Below are positions 25,322 through 39,295 of a DNA stretch of 64,000 nucleotides, piece after piece. The DNA lies in assembly GCA_002189035.1 (NCBI GenBank), contig NEEC01000002.1, forward strand, positions 2,480,001 through 2,544,000. Direction: 5' to 3'. A program made the translations under genes and the position numbers. Source of the DNA: Utricularia gibba. Its lineage: Eukaryota > Plantae > Magnoliophyta. Under the pieces are notes generated by a model, which did no database searches, was not told the DNA's origin, and saw only the letters and a list, made by a program, of their open reading frames with translations. Positions within the stretch are counted from its first letter, which is position 1. Every line of letters starts with the position of its first letter.

Positions 25322-25744
25322 ATAAACTTTTCGCACAGAATTGATTGCATTGTGGCAATGCCCTCATACAGTACAATTTTATTTGTATTCCACATTGATT
25401 ATAAATAGTTAATACTAAAGTTGTGTTCTAGAAAATTTGTATCATCTATTTTTATTTTATAAAAGTTAAAAATACTTTTAATTCAGAACACTACCTATTT
25501 TTACTTCTATTTTTTCCAAAAATATTTTTGGTATTACACTTCAAAAATTGTTTTTGTAAAAGTATGAAAAAGCTACTTTTACATTCTATTTTTACTTTTC
25601 AATATAAATCCACAAGTTTTTTCATTATTTTCTAGAACACCTATTTTTTATTTCTACTTTTATAAATTATTTATACTTCTACTTTTTACTTTTTCAAAAA
25701 TAAAAGTAGATTTTACAAATTTTCTAAAACACACATTAAGATTT

Positions 25745-26085
25745 TAAGAGATCGTATAATAGTAATATATTAGTATATTTAAGTATAATATATTTAGAAT
25801 ATATATATATAATTATAAAATACATAATAAATTATATATTAATATTGGAACAGTGTTTGAGAGAATAAATAATTTTTGAAAAATATATATAAGAACGCAT
25901 GTTCTCATAGAGATATAATTAGATTTTCCTTTTCATTTATGTATACTATTCATATATTTAAAAAATAAGTATGTGAGTGATATAATTATACAAAATTGAT
26001 ATATATGTACTACTTAATGAAACAATGATGTATGTATAAATTTTCGGTATAAATCTTTTATATTATATTATCAAACATCTTGTAA
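25745..26085. mobile_element. AT-rich MITE-like dispersed repeat (related copy ~60432-60800)
   Basis: Shared blocks ataatagta..tattagtat..tttaagtataat and tttaaaaaataagtat..tgatataat; Tourist-like gtttgata/tatcaaac ends are only partial. Confidence 0.4.
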
Positions 26086-27745
26086 ATAGAATGATTATGT
26101 AAATTTATACAAATTGGTTTCTTGAGAATAGTATTTTTTTTATAATAACTCTAAAATTAAATGTGTGTTTATTTGGAAGGTAATGAAATAAAAATAAACA
26201 TAAAATCGTGAAAATTTTATATTAAATCTTACAACAAGGAAGTTTAAATTGTGACACATGGCCCTTGTATATAAGGGAAAACAGGGAGGATGATGCATGA
26301 TGAAACAAGTGGAATTCAGAATCTACTATCAAAGCAAATGCCAACTTCATATTTAACTCTAAATTTCATTTTTTTTTCATTCAAAGATTACTTTATGTGA
26401 AATAACATTTGGAATTTATTGTGCCAAATATATTACACTGCGCATATTTATTGTATACTTTTAACAAAATCATGAGGACCAATTATATAAATGAGGATCA
26501 ATTATGACATTTATGATAAAAAGTAGATACTAAATTTGATAAAATGATAAAATTCTAAATTTTTTTATGCAATTTTCTCTTTAAAATATGTACTTCATTC
26601 AATCTCATCCTGTGACTCTCATTCACTGGCTTCCTGCAACTGCGATGGTTTATGACTTTTCTACCCTCCTGATACTTATCTCTTTTGTCCTCCCCCGGTT
26701 GCAAAAAGTTTTTAGTACCCGGTCGGGTCGGGGAAGTAAAAAATAAATGATAATTTACAAAATTGGTTATTTTCATATTAAGAAAATACATATAAGATGA
26801 CAATTTTTTCCCCATAGTGTATGACACCTGATCAAATTTATAATCATCCATAAATAAACCACTAGAATTTATTTTTTTCATACTAATCAAATGTTTTTAT
26901 TTTTTTTTTGTTGTTGAAATGCGTTGGATTGTGGAATTAAATTCATGATTGGAATTGTTTTTATTTATGTTTATAAAAAGAATACTAAACTGAGTAGCGT
27001 CATGAATTAGTATTTATGACGTCATTGTTTTGTGCGGTTTGGGAATATAATTATTTATGTTTCCCATACCGCATACGCCAGAATTATATATAATAAACAA
27101 ATATGAAAAAAAAAACCGGGTTGGTGGAGGTTGAGAAGTAGCAGCAGGCTGCTGCCCCTGCAGATCGGCGGTACAAATTTGTTTTGTTTTTTTTTTTTTT
27201 TTTTGCGGCAGCGGGGAAAGAAGAAGAAGGCACCGGATTCAACACGGTCGCCGCCTCCGCAAACGCCAAATCGAAACCCTTTTTGCAATTCAAATTACAT
27301 TAAATGCGGCTCCGCCAACTCCTCCACTTGTGTTCCTTCATTGGGAGCAGTAGCACCCAGTTTCAGTCCTGCAGCGAAGCCCAGCGCAGCGCAGGCGCCG
27401 TTTCTCCTCTTTTCTCGAACCCTACTCCCCATCCCCCTCCTCCTCCGACCTCCTCTACACCTTCTTTAATACACCACACATACCATTTCTATTTCTATAT
27501 ATATCTTCTCTCTGGATTGTACCTGGCTGGCTTTGTGCTTCTCAAGTTTCATCTTTTCGTCACAACTCCACAAGGGTCGCTGTCTTACTTTTATGCACGA
27601 CAGATTTCAGCCGATTCTCCTCTGTTGGAAGGAGAGATAGAAAGATCATGGTGGGGTGTCTCCCTTCTTGCTTGCTTCCTTCCTTGTATGAATTGGGGTT
27701 TTGTTGTTGTTGTTGTTGTTGTTTATGGTTTCTGTGGTGCAGTTG

Positions 27746-28696
27746 ATGATTACCTCGGAAGCTCCTTCATGGCTCTCGGCGCTCATGACTGAGAAGTTTT
27801 TCAACGCCTGTATAATTCACGAGGATTTTAAGAAGAATGAGAAGAATGTGTTTTGTCTGGACTGCTGCGAGGGTATTTGCCCTCATTGTTTACCTTCTCA
27901 CACTTCTCATCGTCTTCTCCAGGTAATCTCCTCAATTTCTTCCCCTGTAAATCTCACTGCTGTTGAAAAAGCTTTTCTGTTTGTGCCCCCCAGATAAGGA
28001 GATATGTGTACCATGATGTTATAAGGCTCCTTGACGCTAATAAGCTGATGGATTGTTCCCAAGTTCAAGTAAGTTTAGCTTCTGTGATTTCAGCAAATTC
28101 CACAACTGAACTTCGCGCTGCTTCTGTGTATCTTCAGACGTACACGACAAACAGTGCGAAGGTGGTGTTTCTGAATCAACGCCCTCAGGCACGTCCGCCG
28201 CGCGCCTCCGGTAGCCTATGCGTCACCTGCGAAAGAAACTTACAGGAATCGTATCTATTTTGCTCCCTTTTCTGCAAGGTAAACCGCGGAATGCCAATCC
28301 GTTCCCTGGTTTTTTTTTTTTTTTTTCTTCTGGTTTGAGAGGTTCATCTCACAAAAGAAATCCGTACTTCAGATTCAACATGTTCTCCAGAGTGAGAGCA
28401 AGCTCTCGGACCATCTCCGCGATTGTGAATTTCTAGCCTTGCCGGAATCCGGCATCGACGACGGGCAAATGACGCCGGAATCCGTTCTCGATCCCGACCC
28501 GGCGACCACTGAGTCAGGTTCCAGTAGCGAGTGCCTTAATCTGAGCTGTACGGCGACGACGGAGGCGGTGATTAGGAAGAAGAGAAGTAACCTCGCATCC
28601 GGTTGCCGGAATTCGTTCCGGTCCGTTTTCAGACCGATTTCCGTTGTCGGCGAATCCCGCCGGAAATCCACACCTCGCCGCTCCCCGTTCCACTGA
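27746..28696 (+). CDS. PLATZ: PLATZ zinc-binding transcription factor, 4 coding exons (a possible ATG-only upstream exon at 27648)
   Basis: WLSALMTEKFFNACIIHEDFKKNEKNVFCLDCCEGICPHC..HRLLQ|IRRYVYHDVIRL..DCSQVQ|TYTTNSAKVVFLNQRPQ..CVTCERNLQESYLFCSLFCK|..LSCTATTE..RRKSTPRRSP. Confidence 0.93.
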
Positions 28697-31600
28697 CCCC
28701 CCCTCGTACAAAACGATCAAATCAAGGCCGGTAAGTTCAAACGGAAAAGTGTGGGGCGTTTAGGTCATGGGGGTAAATTCGGTAATTCAAGTACGCTCTA
28801 TTTTGTTTTTCACCCCCTGCTGCGCAGTTAGTTTTTGCTTGTTTACTTTTGTACCGCGATACGGAAATAGCCGGTCCGATCTTTCTCGCTTTGGAATGGC
28901 GCCGCGCCGGACGCCGGTCTAGTGGATCCGGACCGGAAGGGTTTGTAATCTTCGGGCGCCTTTGCCGATGCTGTAAAAACGTAGTCCTTTTTTAGTAATG
29001 GAACGTTTAAGGCGTCTTCTTTCTGTCTTCGCGTCCCTAAACTCCAAAATTATGTCATTCAATATGAATTTTCGAATGGTAAGTAAATTGTAAAATCATA
29101 AATGAATTTGATGTAAAAATAAAAAAAATTATTTATAATAATATATACATAATAGTTTACAATTTTGCACAATAAATTTCAATACCTTGAAAACCTGTAA
29201 ATGAAAAATTAAGAAAATAATTGGAAGAAATCAATTGAAATAAAGAATAAAAAATATGTGCGGAAGATAAACTTAAATTTCCCATATTCCTCAACTAAGT
29301 TGCACTATTCCCTACGATTCATGAGAAATCATCCACCTGGTGGCAAGGTGCATGTATATTAATTGATGAAGATTTTGATTTAGAATTAGATATTGATTTT
29401 GAAGTTTAGGCCAGCACAATTTATACATATCTTGTAAAATTGAAACTTTTTAGTGTATTGTTTTATGTTTGTTAACATTAACTTTTAGATATTAATGAAT
29501 GTTTTTAAGTTAGTTATTATATATTTAATAAATTAGTTTTATTTTATTTGTGATTGTATTAATTTTTATAATATATATTTAAAATAACATATCTTTAACA
29601 CACCCTAAAAATCGAATTTATGTAATCCACGAATCGCACCTCGACGCATTTTGATGCAACCTAGTTCCTCAACCCGGATATCATACCGGCGTACAACAAA
29701 CGAAAGGGTAATGGGCCTTCTGTGTTATTGTAGCCCAAAATGGCCTATGTTAAAGCACAATAAAGAGCCCAAGATGGCCCAATCAAGTATAGCACGTTTT
29801 TTTTTGTCCGCATGATGATGTAATCGCAACAGTAACAAACAATATCGAGAGAGAGGTAGGTGACGAAACCCAGCTTGGGACGCCGGACAATGGTCTCCGG
29901 TGTCCTTTCCGGCATTGCCGCTTCCGGATGAAAGATGCGCAGTGGTAACGCTCTCCGGCTCCTCCTTCTGGTGCAAGAATACAACTGGTGCAAGCCGAGC
30001 AGCACCAAATTCTCTACTCGCGCACCCAGAAGACGAAACCCGGAACGACAGTGCCTTGAAAACCCATTGATGTGTGTGTATGGGATTGGCGAGTCAGAAA
30101 GAGACACCCAGAAGATGTTGGAGGTCACTCGACTCGACTCCGGGTGGTGTGGGTATTGAATTATGGCGCCTGGTCCACACAGGAAATAATCGATCGATCG
30201 GCTTTGGTATTTGAATGGAGGAAAAGGAAAACACCCGGTCACTTCCTGATTGGAGTACTTGCTGTCCCCCCTACTCCTAGCGTGGGCTACAACAAAATAA
30301 AAAGAAAAGGGAACGCAAGGGAATTCGAATTCATTCATTATTATTGCCTAATAAATGATTTACTCACCCCTTTTTTTTTCTTTGACAAAATCACACTCTC
30401 CTTTAAACTACCAAAGAAAACCGAAATGGCTTACTAGATGGAAGGAGGAAGGGGCTCCGGCCCCCGGGGTAGGGGGGAGGGAGAGGTGTGGGTGGGTCAT
30501 TAATGAAGGAATGGGATTATTGGGTTAATTCTAATCAATAATTCTTAAATGATAAGCACTTGGGTAGGTATTGAGAAAATGTTGCACCACGTGGTCCCAC
30601 AACAAGACCCTCCTCCTCCTAGTACCAGCTCCAGCAGTACCAACACACGCACCACTCTTCTCATCAATCCATTCACTCGCCCTGGTCCCCCCATGCATTC
30701 AACTAACAACTTTTACATGACATTTTAATGCTTTTTTTAAAAAAAGTATATTAAAAAATGAGTAATTATCATGTGTTTAAATATAACATTATGTAATTTG
30801 TATTCTTTATAAAATTAGATAAATAAAAAATTATAAGATCATGAGGCTTGTGACCGTATTTCAGATTGTACATGGTTTTTTTCTTCAAAAAAAGAATAGC
30901 ATAAAATCATGAAACTTAGATAATGTAAGCAAACTATATTTTGTAAGTTGAACATGGATCTTGATATTTAATATTAGAAACAAACAAAGATTCGTGCTAA
31001 TGGTTGGATGACGGGGCATTCTTTAAATGTATAAGAAGGGGAGAATGTAATTTTATAAGACATGCGAGATTATTTCACATTGATTACAAATGAAGAAGAA
31101 TATGTGTTTAAATAGAAGTACTCTTCTAATATTGTACGAACTATTATTCTTAAAAAGAAGAAAACGTAAAACTATAAGAATTAGATGTTTTAAATAAATA
31201 ATATTATGTAAGTTGATTATGGATCGTAATAAAAATAAGTAATAAAAATAAATAATAGGAAACACATCTTTTCTAAATTATAAAGGTTAAGAATATCTAA
31301 AAACTAATTTGATGTATTTTTTTTAATATAGTGGAAATTTTCTAAACAATTTTTTTAATTGTAATAATAATTTTTTCAAAATAAAAAAGACATGCCCGTC
31401 CTCAAAAAAATCCTTATAATAGCAAGCATAGAATCATACATTCCATATTGATGTTATGTAACAGAATCGTACTAAAAGAAGTTACGATTATTAATAATGA
31501 AGGGCTATTTTTGCAACTATAATAAAAAAATATGAATAAATGATGATGATGCTCCATAGTGACGTGTAATAATAGTGGGAGCGAGGCAAGTAATTAAAGA

Positions 31601-33584
31601 AGCATTAATTAGGGCAAGGCGGGGGAGGGGAGGGGGGGGGGTGTTTGGTAATTAACCACTCTGGGCCGATGCAATAATAATTCATAGTTATTAATTTACC
31701 ATGTCCCCCGTCGCGCACAATAATCATTTGGGCATGTCGATGCAAGTGACACCATCATTCTGGAAAAATCAATTCAAAATTAATTTTAGCAGAATTTAAA
31801 ATTCTTATAGAATAATAATTTATATAGATATATATAATTATTTTTTAGGATGATTATTATAAAATTAATTCATGTTTAGAATATACAAATAAGAATTAAT
31901 TTTAATAACTAAATGATATATTTAATCACATCTATCAGTAATTATATTTATAAATTTAAAAAATATGTTTTTATATCATTTATAATATAAAAACATTATA
32001 TGATTTTTGAATTATAATTTATATTAAAAATATAGTTTAAAAATTAAAATAAGTAAATGGCTTATGTTAATATTGATTATGATTATTTATAATATATATT
32101 TAGAATTTCAATAATAAAATCACCATTCAAAAAAATATTTTTATACAGAAATTATCATGTCATAATTCTTATGAAAATAAAATAATTCATAAAAATTAAT
32201 TCTCATATATATTTTAAAGACAAAAACAATTATTACATAATATAATTGATTCTAAGAACTTCCAAAGGATTAACAAGTAATAATAAGCCCATTTTAATGG
32301 AATTAACGATGAAATTAGGAATCCCACTCATGAAGAATGACTTCCCTAAATAATATGGAATCAATTATCATATTTACAAGTTTATTTTTTTTATAATTAT
32401 GCTATGTAATTTCAGGAACAATGTTTTTTCAAAACTTATTTTTAATTATAGTCAATTTAAATAATTAATATAAATAGATGAGTATTTACCATAAAGAGGT
32501 GAAGTCAAGAAAATTGTGTATGGATGCTTTCGAATCCCTCTTGCTTTTACTCCCTGCGTCCGCCATAAGGTGGGGCGCGGTAATAAAACAAGTACCGCGG
32601 GGGAGCTGAGCGCCGTCGGATGAGAAGGAGCGATCCTCGGCCGTTGGATTTATGGGGTTTCAAAGATGAACAAAAATGTTGGTGCTTTTCGGGGTCCGGC
32701 CGGCGGGACCAGTTTCGGAAGCCAGGGGCATCGGACACTGATGCAGTGCATGTACTGAAATGCCCCTGATCCTGGGACGGAGAGCGGGGGTAGTTTAGGG
32801 TTTTCAGCCTGCCAGTTCATCACAGGACCCCTGCATCGCCGGTCCCTGTGGAAAGCCACAAGAGAAAAAATCACTTTGGATCTCCCCTTTTCTTGGTCCG
32901 CCGGCGCGTGTTCCCCACCCCCCAAAGTTGTATGTAGCCATTTTTTTAATGTTTTTTTTAAGAAAAATATTACAGAATTTGTTCCAAAGAAGGGTCCATG
33001 GTTCGGTTTGGCAACGGAATTAACTACCTGAGCGTGGAGACACGCGTCTGTATTGCGCGTGGGGATGGAGATTTGGAGAGGGGCGAGAAGCCCTAGCAAG
33101 CATAAAAAGGAAAAAAGGTAGAAAAACAGGGTAGACTGCGGCGGTGATAAGAGTAAGAGAGAGAAAGGGCGAGAATGGGAAGGAAGGGAGGGGCGGTGGA
33201 GAGATAGTGAACCTCCGCGCACCTTTTAATCCTTTTTGAAGGTAGTGCAGCACAGCACGCATCCATGGCAGCAAGATTTGAAGGAGGCAGATGGGGCACA
33301 CTTTGCTTTGCTTCTTCGTAGCTAAACATTGAAAAGAATGCTCCAAATCTGCCTTTCCATTAGCCCCGCTTGTTGTCTAAAAGCAGCAGCAGCAATGTGC
33401 TGAACTCGCCTACCCATGTTTCATTTTCTCCCCTCCCAGACATGGACGTCTGTACTGTCCTAGACTTGAGTTGAGGAGCTTCCTGCATTTTGGGACGGAG
33501 CTGTGCGATTTCGTGGCTTCTGTTTCAACTTTCTTGTTCCTGGATTCGTTTCTGTGAGAGAAATTGAGGGGGTTTTGGTTTTAG

Positions 33585-35944
33585 ATGAAGGGGATGCCCT
33601 TGCCCTCTGAGTTTCAGGAGAAGGGAGTGCTGAACTTGGAGCTAATTGTGAAAAACCAAGGCTTTTTCTCGAGTAGTTGTGCTGAGTTGTACCAGGGGAA
33701 CTGCTTCTTCAACAACGGTTTTGGTGAGCCAACTTCTGTCCTGGATTCTGTTACAACTCCCAGCCAGCTCACATCTTCCTCGACACTGTCTTCATCTCTC
33801 GGCGGCGGCGGGGGCGGGGGTGGGGAGGAGCTGCTTCCACGGATTCTGCGGGTGTGGCTTTGGTATCCGAGGCGGACCCATCTAGCAAATGGCAGCAGCA
33901 AGATTCAACCACTGCCACGAGCACAAATGCTGGGGGACCTGGCTCGGGGCACCTCCCCATTGCTGCTTCTCTTGTGATTGAAGACGCCGTAGCCGGAAGC
34001 GGAGAACACCCGCAGAGATTTGCCATGGAGGACTGGGATACTGTATTTTCCGAGTCTGCCGCTGTGTCTCCGAGTCAAGAGCAGTCTATTCTCCGGTGGT
34101 TTATGGGTGACGTGGAAGACCCTGCTGTAGCGAACCTGAACAAGGTCCTTCAAATTGGCGGCGGCGGCGGTGGTGGTAGTATAATGCCACCAGCGGAGTT
34201 CGATTTTAGCGGTGTCTACGGCTCTGTGGATCAGGGTTTTGCTGCAAACCATGTGAGTGCCAGTTTCATGCCCACTCTCCCCGTCTTCCCCAACAACAAC
34301 AGATCCAGCGCTGAAAAGCTTGGTTTTTTACCCAATTCCACGCCGCCGAACCTGAAGCTTTCTCCAAATTCACACAGCCTGCTCTGTTCCTCTCCAGATT
34401 TCAACAACTTGGGTTCCATGGCTTTCAAACATCAAACACCATTTGATTCTTCTGTTGAAATAAAGCCTCACATTTTCAATTCTGGCGTACTGATGAACCA
34501 GCAGTCCCAAAACACTTCCTTTTTCTTTCCCCTGTCATACGCACCGCAGCAAGGACAAAGTAGTATTTTTCACCCCCCTCAGGCCAAAAGACAGATTGCC
34601 GGTGGACTGTGCGACGGCGGTCCTCATACCGTCGGCCAGATCTCAAAAGGCCCTTTCGTAGATACCGGCCAGCATGAGCTTTGCATGGGAAGGATGCCTT
34701 TAGGTCTCCAGCAGCAAGTTCCTCATCAGCTCCAATTTCCTCCAAATTATCTCCCCCAGCGGCCAATGACAGAAGAACAGAAGCCAAATTTTGTTCCTTT
34801 GAACGATTTAGAGAACTGTCATCAGCAACAGCAGTCTACAATTGCTCAGTTGCACAAGGCGGCGGAGCTACTCCATACAGGGAATCTAGCACTCGCGCAC
34901 GGGATATTGGCGCGGCTCAATCACCAGCTCTCACCCATCGGCAAGCCCTTTTGTCGGGCTGCCTTCCATTGCAAGGAGGCGTTACAGTTGCTCCTCCATT
35001 GCACCAGCAATAAGTTGAATATTCCCTATTCGACTGCTCTGCCCCATTTGACACTATTTTCGAAGATCGGAGCTTACAAGTCGTTCTCAGAGATTTCCCC
35101 ACTCGTACAGTTCGCAAACTTCACTTCCAACCAAGCTATAATTGAAGCATTGGAGGGATCTGACCGGATTCGCATCATTGATTTCGATATCGGGTACGGT
35201 GGCCAATGGGCTTCTCTAATGCAGGAGCTGGCGCTGCGGATCGGTGGCGCTCCTTCGATAAAGATCACTGCTTTGGTATCTCCCATGACTCATGATCAGC
35301 TAGAACTCAGTCTTACCCGAGAAAACCTGATACAATTTGCAAGGGAGATCAATATCTCACTCGAGTTTGATCTCGTGAGTATTGATTCATTGAGCTCTGG
35401 ATCCTTGCTGATGCCCCCACACGCACCAGAGAATGAAGCAATCGCTGTGAATCTTCCTGCCGCATCCCTTGTAAATTATCAGTTCTCACTGCCTCTGGTT
35501 CTTAGGTTCGTGAAGCAGCTGTCGCCCAGAATTGTGGTCTCCATGGACAGGGGGTGCGATAGGACTGATCTCTCCTTCGCTAACGTTGTGACTCATGCTC
35601 TGCAATCATACACAAGCCTAATGGAGTCTCTTGATGCTGCTGCTGCTGCTGCAAATGTGCCTGTGGATTCTATCCAAAGGATTGAGCGATTCTTGCTACA
35701 GCCCGGGATCGAAATGTTGATCCTGGGCCGTTTTCGTGCTCCGGAGAAGATGCAGCACTGGAGGTCCATGTTTTTGTCAGCTGGTTTCTCCCCTGTAACC
35801 TTCAGCCACTTCGCAGATGCGCAGGCAGAATGTATTATCAAAAGGGCCTCTGTTGGAGGATTTCAAGTGGAGAAGAGACAGTCTTCTCTTGTTCTCTGCT
35901 GGCAACGCAAGGAGCTGATTTCAGCTTCAGCTTGGAGAGGCTGA
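33585..35944 (+). CDS. HAM: HAM-subfamily GRAS transcription factor (SCL6/22/27-like), intronless; apparent -1 frameshift at 33822-33825
   Basis: MKGMPLP..EPTSVLD, AQLHKAAEL, ILARLNHQLSPIGKPF, FSEISPLVQFANFTSNQA, IIDFDIGYGGQWASLMQEL, LCWQRKELISASAWR. Confidence 0.95.
34903..34923 (+). promoter_or_regulatory. miR171 target site
   Basis: gatattggcgcggctcaatca is perfectly complementary to canonical miR171 UGAUUGAGCCGCGCCAAUAUC. Confidence 0.97.
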
Positions 35945-36552
35945 ACTCCATTTATCACTTACTGACTGTTGCACTCACTATCCCTAGTTATTCGCTTAGA
36001 TTTGCGTATCAGTTCCATCGTATGACTACTAATTTTGATGCTTTTGAATTCTTCTGCAAGGCTGTTGGACAAAAACAAAACAAAACAGAACAAACAAGAC
36101 ATGATGCTTCTGCTGCTGTTCTATCTTTGAAACAAGGAACTCAGAAAGCTTATGAATTTCACTAGTTGCTTCTTTCATCTGATTTTCCTGCTACATCTCA
36201 TAGCTGTTCTGCATGTCTCATGCATGCATTCCTACACATATGTACGTGTCTCAAGAACAGAGATGAATCTACGAATGCGCAGTTCTATATGTTTATTCAA
36301 TCAAAGAAGTAGCAACTGCAGCACATAATCCATCCTCTTGCTATTTATGGTCGAGGAGTATGCAAGGAACTTGGAGGATTAAGTTTCCCTGGCCCAAAAT
36401 TCTAAGGAGAACTACGCCTTTTTCAGGCACCAATAATGTGAGTTGTGTCAACGGCAAAATCACCATCACAGAGCACATAGTTACCTCGTTGTAAGTTGTC
36501 ATGGTCGTAGGGATGTCGCCTGGCCACACCGGAATCCGGCAGCATTTGTTTA

Positions 36553-38649
36553 TCAAACTCCAAAGAGGGGTAAGAATGTTTTAACGAATGCATAAGCCAG
36601 TGCTCCTGTAAAGATGTAGCTATCTGTCCTGTCAAGAACACCACCTGAATGAACCAATAACAATTATAGGATTAGAGATGAAGGGAATTCATAGCTCCAT
36701 GTAGTCAAACTTGGAAGATGTATGCAGGCTGTAGTAGCTGATGCCATGAGAAGAACAGATGCATCAAAACAAGATCGAGTGGCCTAACCATGTCCAGGTA
36801 TAAGTGAACCTGAATCTTTGACACCAGCATCACGCTTGATCATGGACTCGGTAAGATCGCCAAATAGGGAGCCGAGGAAGATCAGAAACCCAAGCGCAAC
36901 AGAACTGAGATAAATTGGATAGAGAACAGCTTACACACAATGCCACTGGGTATGAAAACAAAACGGAAGAGAATGACTGTAAGAAAACAAAGGGTGAAGA
37001 AAGAACCTAAGAGAAGATGCAGGCCAGCCAAAGATCCTGCTTAGGAACACTGAAGTTGCTATGCAACCACCTAATCCAAAGAGAACCCCTTCCCATGTCT
37101 TTTTTGGACTGACTGTAGTGAGTGGAGTTCGACCAAAGACCTGTAACACATTGTGCATACATCAAGGGTCGGGCCTGTAGCAGAAATGTTTAGGATTGGC
37201 GAGAAATGGATACCTTTCCACCAAAGAAAGCAAATGTATCAGCTGCTATAACACTGGAAATTGAGACCAAGGTGGCCACAAGACCAACAGTCCACAGAGT
37301 TGGCCCTCCAAGAAGAATGGGCCAAGAAGCTGCTGATCCTATAACAAGTACATGCGTGGATTTAAAACAATGTGCCATACTTGCTGGTCAAGACGTTTTC
37401 TCATCACTATTGATCCTAATGTCGGCCAAATAACTAGGAAAAAGAAATGGGAAAACGAAAGTTTTCATTGTAAAAAATGAATTCACATTACACACATACT
37501 GATGAAGTAGAGTACAACGAGTTCCACAAAGAACACGAAACTGAACTAATCTTACTTGTGTTCAGACCTGGGGCTGCCAAACCACACCTTAGCTTAACCC
37601 AGAAACAAGGAAGAAATCCACAATAAAATAATCCAAACATCGTACTGCTAAGCTGAGCAAAACGTGGACTTCCTCGTTGCAAGATCAGAGCCACAGCAAC
37701 GAAAAAGGCCGCAAATGTGACTGAGATGTCAATATTCCCATAGTATCTGACAGGGTAGGCAGAATCAAATTCAGCAAATAACGAAAATTAATATATTATG
37801 ATAGCAGAAAGGTTCTTGCTTCATGAGGGGCCTAAATAATAGACAAAGAAAAAGCTCTTACAGAGTAAGAATAGGCATCACACAACAGATAACAGAACAA
37901 GCTCTTGATACGAATCGAGGGGGAGGAGCCATTCCAGCTGAAATTCCACGACTCCTGACTAACTCAAAATACTCCCTGGCTCCAACAAAAACTGCCGCAG
38001 CAAGTGTAATAGTGTATACCCATCCACCCGCGAGCACTACTCCTGCTGCAGATAAACCGATTCCCAGACCAAAAACAACCCTTTTCTGTAATCCGCTCGT
38101 TTTCAGTCTGTGACTTGATTCCAAGGCACCTTCACTGGACATCTGTACACATTTCCTAATATCCATGTTAAAGTAAAGCTTGCAGCTGGAAGATGCACAT
38201 AGAATGTTCCCTTTATTTAACCATGGCGATTTCAAAAGGCAATTACATATCCCACATTTTCATTCGAATTCAATTTTGTTTTCTTTTTCCATCTGCATAC
38301 TTACGCAGCTACAGCCTTAAAAATCATGAAGAGCAACAGATGTTCACGTATACAAACACGAGTATACAAAAATTATTACCTTTTCACCATTGCCGATCCA
38401 TTCGGGTTGCCTGGCCTCCACGGCTGACACTCGCAGCCGGCGTTGCGTCACCAAATCCTTCCTGAAAATTCCAAAATACCCTTGGTCGCCACCAACATCT
38501 ACCGCCAATCGGACCCTGTATCTTTGAAAATTCCGCGTAGCAACCGTAAATTTCAGTAAGCCCCGGGGCCTGTGGCGAGAATCAGAGTGCAGGTAGCGGC
38601 AGCAACAGCAGGACTTGAACGAAAAGGGAACTGACGCGTATTCCACCAT
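36553..38649 (-). CDS. CDS: Plastid phosphatidate cytidylyltransferase (CDS4/5-like), multi-exon
   Basis: Transit-peptide-like N-terminus; [119 protein letters not shown]. Confidence 0.93.
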
Positions 38650-39295
38650 CGGAACGACGACTCAAATCTGGAAAACGGAATTCCAGACGCCGGTCCAAAG
38701 CATCCCAACCGGCCAGATTCGCTCCTCGGAAGCCACAACCGATGAGGTGTCACCAGATCGAAATGATAGTCATTCAAAATAATAATAATAATAAATACTT
38801 TTTGCTTTCAGTCGGATACTTGAACCCGAATGGATCCACGGTGTGGTTTGTGCATCTTTGTGTCATTATTATTATTATCATTACAATAAATAAAGAAATT
38901 CTTACAAAATGATTTGTAGAATTGTAGTAAATTACAAATTTCCTATTATTATTATTATTATCATTATTCTTAGAGTATGTTTGATATTTTAGTATAAAAT
39001 ATTACTCCGAATGTATACTATTATCAAACAATCTCTTATTATTATTAGGAGTACCCGAGAAAAACTTGCATGATTAGTGGATAATTAAACTCCAAAATAA
39101 GTTAATTTCAAAGGCAGGTGGGAGAGTAACAAGCAGCAGACGGTACTAATAATGAATGAAGCAGCAATGGATAGCATCATCACCACGCCGCAGAATCAAA
39201 GCACGACGCTCAATGCTTTCTACCACAAAACAGACGGCTAAAAACTTGATCAGTCTTCTGCGGGAAAAATAGCTCTAACTTCTGTCTCAAACCAC

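Noticed and set aside
33093-33329. 78-aa minus-strand ORF upstream of HAM
   Set aside because: No recognisable motif; it overlaps the HAM promoter/5' leader and is explained as regulatory sequence.
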